From Parcubacteria group bacterium GW2011_GWC1_36_108 (GTDB lineage: Bacteria; Patescibacteriota; Minisyncoccia; Moranbacterales; GWC2-37-73): a stretch of DNA of 64,000 bases. The notes beneath the pieces were generated by a model. The model was not told where the DNA came from. It did not search any database and saw only the letters and a program-made list of their open reading frames with translations. The stretch covers positions 26,235 through 90,234 of the forward strand of contig LBRD01000004.1 in the NCBI GenBank assembly GCA_000991245.1. Reading direction: 5' to 3'. Below, piece after piece: positions 58,973-64,000 of the stretch. Each line of letters starts with the position of its first letter. Position 1 is the first letter of the stretch. Both the position numbers and the translations under genes were made by a program.

Positions 58973-59212
58973 TCAAGTGAGAAAGTATTGTTGTTTTCAT
59001 TAACCTGTAGACAGTTGGTGGCTTCTATCTTTTGTCATCAATATCGGTTGCTTTTTTGTCCAGATATGGGTATTGCGGTTTCGGCGGCGGTACACCTCGA
59101 CACTGCAACTTCCCCGGGGGATCTATCTCCCGGGATATGTCTACAGATTAATGAACACAAGTTGCACTTGTTTCCGAAAAAAACCTTCAAGCTTAGCGCG
59201 AGAAGGTTTTTT
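58973..59212 (+). ncRNA. candidate ~240-nt structured small RNA (unclassified)
   Basis: Promoter-to-terminator unit with no plausible ORF. Long-range pairing cctgtagacag/ctgtctacagg closes it. A GC-rich internal hairpin is ccccgggggatctatctcccggg. A terminator aaccttc...gaaggtttttt ends it. Confidence 0.3.
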
Positions 59213-59215
59213 ATT

Positions 59216-59400
59216 TTGTATTTTGTATTTCCCTACAACCTAATTCCTAAAACCTATAATTTGTATTTTGTATTTACCTACAACCTAATTCCTAAAACCT
59301 ATAATTTGTATTTTGTATTTACCTACAACCTAATTCCTAAAACCTATAATTTTGTATTTTTGTATTTCCCTACGACCTAATTCCTAGAACCTAAAACCTG
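59216..59400. repeat. 45-bp minisatellite x4
   Basis: Unit is ttgtattttgtatttacctacaacctaattcctaaaacctataat. Units are contiguous with no spacers, and the array abuts the pilB stop codon. Confidence 0.8.
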
Positions 59401-59402
59401 CC

Positions 59403-62400
59403 CTATATTACTCTTTCCACCTCCTCTAAACTTGTTTCTCCTTCGAGAACTTTGAGCATTCCGTCTTGTTCCATTGAAATCATTCCGTTTTCAATGGCTT
59501 TGTCGCGGATTTGGGAAGATGAAGCACTTTGAGTGATGAGTTCTTCAATATCGCGATCAACCACTAGCACTTCGCTGATTGTTGTGCGGCCCTTGTATCC
59601 AATATTGTTGCATTTATCACAACCCTTGGCTTCATAAACTTTTTCAAAAGATGGGACTGCGATTCCAGATTTTTCAGAAACATTTCCCAATATTTTTTTC
59701 ATTTTTGAAATCTCACTTATAGTCAAATGCCTTTCAGTTTTGCAATCACAGAGCTTGCGCACGAGTCTTTGTGCCATTAGCGCGTTAACGGCTGTTGCAA
59801 GGTCATCTGAGCGCACTCCCATATTAATCAAACGCTGAACTCCGCCTGCTGCATCATTTGTGTGAAGCGTGGAAAGAATTGAATGTCCTGTAAGAGCGGC
59901 TTGAATGGCAATGTTGGCCGTTTCCTCGTCGCGAATTTCGCCAATCATCATAATGTCAGGATTTTGACGAAGAAGTGCCCGCAGCGCTGTTGGGAAAGTA
60001 TACCCTTCTTTGTCATCAACCGAGGTCTGCAAAACTCCATCCAATTGATATTCAATCGGATCTTCAACTGTGATGATTTTCACTTCGGGATTATTAAGAA
60101 CTTTCAGCGCGCTATACAATGTCGTGGTTTTTCCGCTGCCGGTTGGACCAGTTGTCAAAAAGACACCGTTTGGCTTTTTAATTTCACTAATAATTTTTTC
60201 CAAATTTTGCTTTCTAATCCCCAACTTTTCCAAATCAAGAGCAACCGATGATTTGTTTAAAAGTCTCATTACCACAGTTTCGCCATAGCCACCCAGAATT
60301 ATCGAAACACGCACATCAACTTTTGTGTCTGTGATATTTCCAAATGGTTTGTCTAAAGAAATTGAAAAACGAGAATCCATAACACCGCCGCGCACCTCCG
60401 TTGAAAAGCCACTCAAAAATTTGATGCTGCCCAATAAGCTTGGATATTCATTAAGAGGAATTTCTGCAATCGTTTGAAGAATTCCATCCATACGATAACG
60501 AATTTTCACGCTTTTTTCTTCCGGTTCAATGTGAATATCTCCCACATTAAGCAGTAAGCTGCTAGCAAAAATATATTTAGCACTGCTTTTTTGATTTGAT
60601 TTTTCAATTAGGTTTCTGAGTGATTCCACTGGCTCTAAGTTTTGTGAAACCAAAAGCATATCCTCCTCGGTAATATCGATTGCTCGAGACATTGATTGTG
60701 ACATCAATTTTTCATAAATTTCCTCCAGAAATTCAGTTTGTCCTGTTGCGCGCCAAACTTCTTCCATTGAAGTCAGCCCTTCAATAGCTTTTAGAATTCC
60801 GTCTTGCGCCATTGTGATCATTCCGTCTTCCAAAGCAGTTTGTGCAATTTCTCTTTCTCCTCCCATTTCCAAAATTAACTTTTCAATATTCTCAGAAATT
60901 GTGAGCACCTCAAAAATTCCGATTCGCCCCTTAAATCCTAGTCCATGACATTTGTCGCAACCGACAGGACGATACAATTTTTCAATAGTCTTGGGAATTT
61001 CAAGTTTTGCCTTAGGAGAAATAATCGACAAGATTTTTTTAACACTGTCAGAAGTTTCTCGCGCTGGAACATATTCTTCTTTGCAATGTTGGCAAAGCTT
61101 TCGCACAAGACGTTGTGCAATAAAACAATTTACTGATGGTGCAATTAAATTGGGTTTAACACCAAGTTCAATAAAGCGTGGGATGGAAGCAGGTGCATTG
61201 TTGGTGTGCAGTGTGGAAAGCACAAGATGTCCAGTGAGTGCCGCATTAACTGAAATGTCTGCCGTTTCATCATCACGAATTTCGCCAACCAAAATAACAT
61301 CAGGATCTTGACGCACCACTGCGCGAAGGCCTTCTGCAAATGTATAGTTGCGATCCTTGGCAACTTGTGTTTGAGAAATGTTTTTTACTTCATATTCAAT
61401 TGGGTCTTCAATCGTGATAATCTTAACTCCCGCAACATTAAGCTTGTTTACCAAGGCATACAGTGTGGTGGTTTTTCCGGATCCCGTTGGCCCTGTTGTT
61501 AAAATCATTCCGTGAGGTTTGGCAATTTCTCTTTGCACATTTTCATATGCCAAGCCGCGCAAACCCAAATCCTCAACCGAAAGTAAAATATCAGCTTGAC
61601 TCAAAAGCCTCATTACCACCGATTCTCCGTGACTTCCTGGGATAATATTTGTTCTGACATTTATTTTTCCATTTTCCATATCAATGGAAAAATGACCGTC
61701 TTGCGCAATGTCGCGAATATTTATTTTCATTTTTCCCATCATCTTAATGCGGGACAAAATGAAATGATATGTGTCATTTGGAAATCTTCCAACATCTTGC
61801 AAAATTCCATCAATACGAAAACGCATTCTGACCTCTTCTTCTTGCGGTTCAAAGTGAATATCACTGGCCTTCATTTTCACGGCGCCAGCCATAATAATTG
61901 AAATGATTTGAGTGGTTGGAATTTCACGAATACGCTTTTTCAAATCAAGCATACTGCCAAATTCTTTCTCAAATTTTTCCAAATCCTCCCCACTAAGCGT
62001 GATTTGCATAGCTTCCAAATTCTCCAAAAGCGGAATGTCCGCATATCTTTTCCAGATTTTTTCCAAAGAAGAATTTGAAATCACATACAAATGAATCGTC
62101 CAACCATTTTCGTTTTTAAGACTTTCAATGTGATCAAGAGTTTTTTTGTTTGCTGGATCAATAATACCCATTCGTAATTCCTTGCCAGCTTTTTGAAAAA
62201 CGCAAATTTGAAATTCGCGCGAGTTTTCCTCGCTGATTGTGCGCATATCCTCTGCGCCCACAGGAAAAATATTTAGATCGACATAAGAAAGATCATATTC
62301 GCTCGCCAACTGTGCTGCTCGTTCTTCTTCAGACTCTCCTCGCATATGCTGAAGAAGCTTGCCCGCCTGCTCATCCTTGTCAGTATTATGAATCAATTGT

Positions 62401-62420
62401 TTATGCGAAACTTTTACCAT
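59403..62420 (-). CDS. pilB: tandem-fused type II/IV secretion (PilB/GspE-family) ATPase, two complete ATPase modules in one 1005-aa polypeptide
   Basis: There are two Walker A motifs (both TGPTGSGKTTTLY). There are two Asp and His boxes (GEIRDDETADISVNAALTGHLVLSTLHTN and GEIRDEETANIAIQAALTGHSILSTLHTN). There are two tetracysteine motifs (CQHCK...GCDKCHGLG and CDCK...GCDKCNNIG). An N-terminal T2SSE_N-like domain is present. The two halves are ~50 percent identical by eye. Confidence 0.85.
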   Translation of the reverse strand: MVKVSHKQLIHNTDKDEQAGKLLQHMRGESEEERAAQLASEYDLSYVDLNIFPVGAEDMRTISEENSREFQICVFQKAGKELRMGIIDPANKKTLDHIESLKNENGWTIHLYVISNSSLEKIWKRYADIPLLENLEAMQITLSGEDLEKFEKEFGSMLDLKKRIREIPTTQIISIIMAGAVKMKASDIHFEPQEEEVRMRFRIDGILQDVGRFPNDTYHFILSRIKMMGKMKINIRDIAQDGHFSIDMENGKINVRTNIIPGSHGESVVMRLLSQADILLSVEDLGLRGLAYENVQREIAKPHGMILTTGPTGSGKTTTLYALVNKLNVAGVKIITIEDPIEYEVKNISQTQVAKDRNYTFAEGLRAVVRQDPDVILVGEIRDDETADISVNAALTGHLVLSTLHTNNAPASIPRFIELGVKPNLIAPSVNCFIAQRLVRKLCQHCKEEYVPARETSDSVKKILSIISPKAKLEIPKTIEKLYRPVGCDKCHGLGFKGRIGIFEVLTISENIEKLILEMGGEREIAQTALEDGMITMAQDGILKAIEGLTSMEEVWRATGQTEFLEEIYEKLMSQSMSRAIDITEEDMLLVSQNLEPVESLRNLIEKSNQKSSAKYIFASSLLLNVGDIHIEPEEKSVKIRYRMDGILQTIAEIPLNEYPSLLGSIKFLSGFSTEVRGGVMDSRFSISLDKPFGNITDTKVDVRVSIILGGYGETVVMRLLNKSSVALDLEKLGIRKQNLEKIISEIKKPNGVFLTTGPTGSGKTTTLYSALKVLNNPEVKIITVEDPIEYQLDGVLQTSVDDKEGYTFPTALRALLRQNPDIMMIGEIRDEETANIAIQAALTGHSILSTLHTNDAAGGVQRLINMGVRSDDLATAVNALMAQRLVRKLCDCKTERHLTISEISKMKKILGNVSEKSGIAVPSFEKVYEAKGCDKCNNIGYKGRTTISEVLVVDRDIEELITQSASSSQIRDKAIENGMISMEQDGMLKVLEGETSLEEVERVI

Positions 62421-62578
62421 ACTAAGTCATATAACATGAAACATATAGCATGTAACATGAATACAAAAAAATTGTTTTTATTTTTATTTACAAAGTTATT
62501 ATACCCCAAAAATGCTTTTTGGACAAAAGAAAAACGACCAGTAAGAACTGCTCGCTTAGTTATTATCAAAAAAAATTA

Positions 62579-63718
62579 TTACACAATCAATCCTGTGCGG
62601 AGTTTTTCGACGATGTGCTGTCCTGCTTCGGTGGTGTCTCCAGATTGGAGTGAAAATTCGCAAACATCTCCAATTGCTTTGGCTTCAAGAATCTCAGCAA
62701 CTTTTTTCAACTGATCATTATTAATGCACTTAATCACGCCGCGCACTTGCCCAGGGGTTTCGTTATAAAGCACCATAAAAATTTTGCCAGCAGAATAATT
62801 TTCTTTAATTTTATCCAAAATAAAAGGTACGTCACTCGGTTTTGAGCGGCTCTGCACAAAATCCTCCAAAAACACGGGCGCCCAAGCCAAAGAAATTTCA
62901 TCTTCCCAATACAATCTCGCCATCACACGACCCCAAAGTTTCAAAAGATGAAGCGGCTGTGTCTTATAAAGATAGCGAATAATTTTTTGTTGATCAGCTC
63001 CCTTTGTCATCAGCATTGCACCAATTTGCAATGATTTTGGCGAGGTGTTTTTTTTCTGAAAACTGTTAGTTGCATCAATAATTCCAGTGAGCAAACTTTC
63101 CGCCATATTCTCATCAATATTTTTTTCATTTATTTTAGAAAACAAATCCGCCACCACTTCAGATGTCGAAGACGCAGTAATATCAACAATATTTACTTGT
63201 CCAAAATTATCATTCTCCGTGTGATGATCAATATTAACAACAGGAACCTCATAAAAAATATCAGGATTTTCTTCATACACCTTTCCGAGTGATTCCTTGT
63301 CGGGACTGCCAAGCACGATTACTAAATCATATTTGAATTTTGCAGGAATAAAAGAAAAGTCGCGCGGATCAATTGAACCTTTTTCTGGAGTAATAAAAAT
63401 TCGCAATTCATCTTCAACTCTTTCTGTGCGCACGTTAGTAATCTTGTTGAACTTTGTGTTAAATGCCAACACAAAATCTCTTGCGCCTGCCAACGAATCC
63501 ATCAAATCTTCCGGTTTTGTCAAAAATGAAAAACGCTGCAAATAATTTTCATCACTTGGAACTACAACTGTTGCTTCAATATTATTTTTTTTCAAAAAGA
63601 AATAAGTTGCCCACGCAGAGCCAACCGCATCGCCAGAAAAATCTTGCGCCATAAAGATAAGAACGTGTTTGGCGTTTTTCAAAACATTATCTAATTGTTG
63701 CGCGAGATCTAAACTCAT
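62579..63718 (-). CDS. DHH-family phosphoesterase (NrnA-like)
   Basis: The DHH motif NIDHHTEN and the DHHA1-like C-terminal region (GGGH-type replaced by GQH) indicate an oligoribonuclease/pAp phosphatase-like enzyme. Confidence 0.65.
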   Translation of the reverse strand: MSLDLAQQLDNVLKNAKHVLIFMAQDFSGDAVGSAWATYFFLKKNNIEATVVVPSDENYLQRFSFLTKPEDLMDSLAGARDFVLAFNTKFNKITNVRTERVEDELRIFITPEKGSIDPRDFSFIPAKFKYDLVIVLGSPDKESLGKVYEENPDIFYEVPVVNIDHHTENDNFGQVNIVDITASSTSEVVADLFSKINEKNIDENMAESLLTGIIDATNSFQKKNTSPKSLQIGAMLMTKGADQQKIIRYLYKTQPLHLLKLWGRVMARLYWEDEISLAWAPVFLEDFVQSRSKPSDVPFILDKIKENYSAGKIFMVLYNETPGQVRGVIKCINNDQLKKVAEILEAKAIGDVCEFSLQSGDTTEAGQHIVEKLRTGLIV

Positions 63719-63723
63719 ATCGT

Positions 63724-63775
63724 TTCAGGTTTTAGGTTCTAGGTTTTAGGTGATAGGTTCTAGATTTTAGGTTTA
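63724..63775. repeat. TAGGTTYTAGG direct repeats upstream of the nrnA-like start
   Basis: caggttttaggttctaggttttaggtgataggttctagattttagg, followed by an AACTTTATR 9-mer array at 63790-63835. Confidence 0.55.
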
Positions 63776-63872
63776 TTGAATTTTTACTTTACAAACTTTA
63801 TAAACTTTACCAACTTTATGAACTTTATAACTATTTAGCTAAGTAATATAAAGTAGCAGGCATTTTGAGTAA

Positions 63873-63981
63873 TGTCAACCCCGTTAGAAAAATGACAATG
63901 CAGAAAATTATGGTATAGTATCTTGATATATTAGACTATATATTATAAAAAATTACTTTTGCATTTTTCTAACGGGGTCAA
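63873..63981. promoter_or_regulatory. inverted-repeat-flanked cassette, copy b
   Basis: The arms tgtcaaccccgttagaaaaatg and catttttctaacggggtca are 19/21 identical to copy a (24969-25080), but the AT-rich interior is different. Confidence 0.5.
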
Positions 63982-64000
63982 TAAAATGCTTGACAACAAG

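Noticed and set aside
58973-59212. Identity of the candidate sRNA as SRP RNA, 6S RNA, tmRNA or RNase P RNA
   Set aside because: It has no GGAAGCAGCC-type SRP domain IV motif and no tRNA-like 3' end or tag ORF for tmRNA. It is too short for RNase P. A 6S-like hairpin is only suggestive, so it is left unclassified.
58988-59380. 130-aa + strand ORF
   Set aside because: It reads through the candidate sRNA and then through the 45-bp tandem repeats, giving a repetitive YNLIPKTYN peptide. It has no RBS, and its frame is an artefact of repeat periodicity (45 = 15 codons).
59216-59400. Possible CRISPR array (regular ~45-bp periodicity)
   Set aside because: Units are directly contiguous and near-identical with no unique spacers. 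There is no cas gene anywhere in the window, so this is a minisatellite.

Overview
This is an AT-rich, gene-dense 64 kb window, and nearly every gene is on the minus strand. Gene content and style suggest a small-genome Gram-positive-like or CPR/Patescibacteria-type bacterium (inference only). Supporting features are FemAB, LemA, an RRM protein, lamin-tail-domain and FN3 surface proteins, PilB, M23 peptidase, many short intergenic repeats, and no biosynthetic pathways.

I call about 60 CDS and two tRNAs (Asn-GTT, Ser-GGA). I see no rRNA, no CRISPR array, and no transposase or integrase.

Recognisable housekeeping genes are typA/bipA, engB, obg, rsgA, dus, rarA, cspA, an ABC-F ATPase, rpoD-dnaG, pyk, htpX, lemA, murE-like, a femAB-family gene, ruvA, a class A PBP, yebC-ruvC, ruvB, an nrnA-like DHH phosphoesterase, rubrerythrin, and an HI0933-family flavoprotein.

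The most unusual content is:
- An operon of three ATP-grasp amidoligases, one fused to a retropepsin-like Zn_protease domain, with a 7-TM membrane protein (47.4-51.6 kb).
- A single 1005-aa ORF containing two complete PilB/GspE ATPase modules in tandem (59.4-62.4 kb).
- An orphan radical SAM/SPASM enzyme.
- A sigma-70 with a strongly basic K/V/A-repeat N-terminal extension.
- A dense set of small non-coding repeat families:
  - a GC-rich ~155 bp triple-hairpin element (3-4 copies);
  - two further ~100-120 bp palindromic elements;
  - an inverted-repeat-flanked promoter cassette (2 copies);
  - a 7-bp TGGAAAT satellite present in-frame inside pyk and the fem-like gene;
  - a 45-bp x4 minisatellite;
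  - 9-bp AACTTTATR arrays;
  - a stop-codon-abutting 3' motif;
  - a near-palindromic ATGTT(C/A)CATG box upstream of ruvB, yebC-ruvC, pilB and the ATP-grasp operon.
- A candidate ~240 nt structured ncRNA (58.97-59.21 kb).

All functional assignments rest on motif and family recognition by eye. No database search was run.
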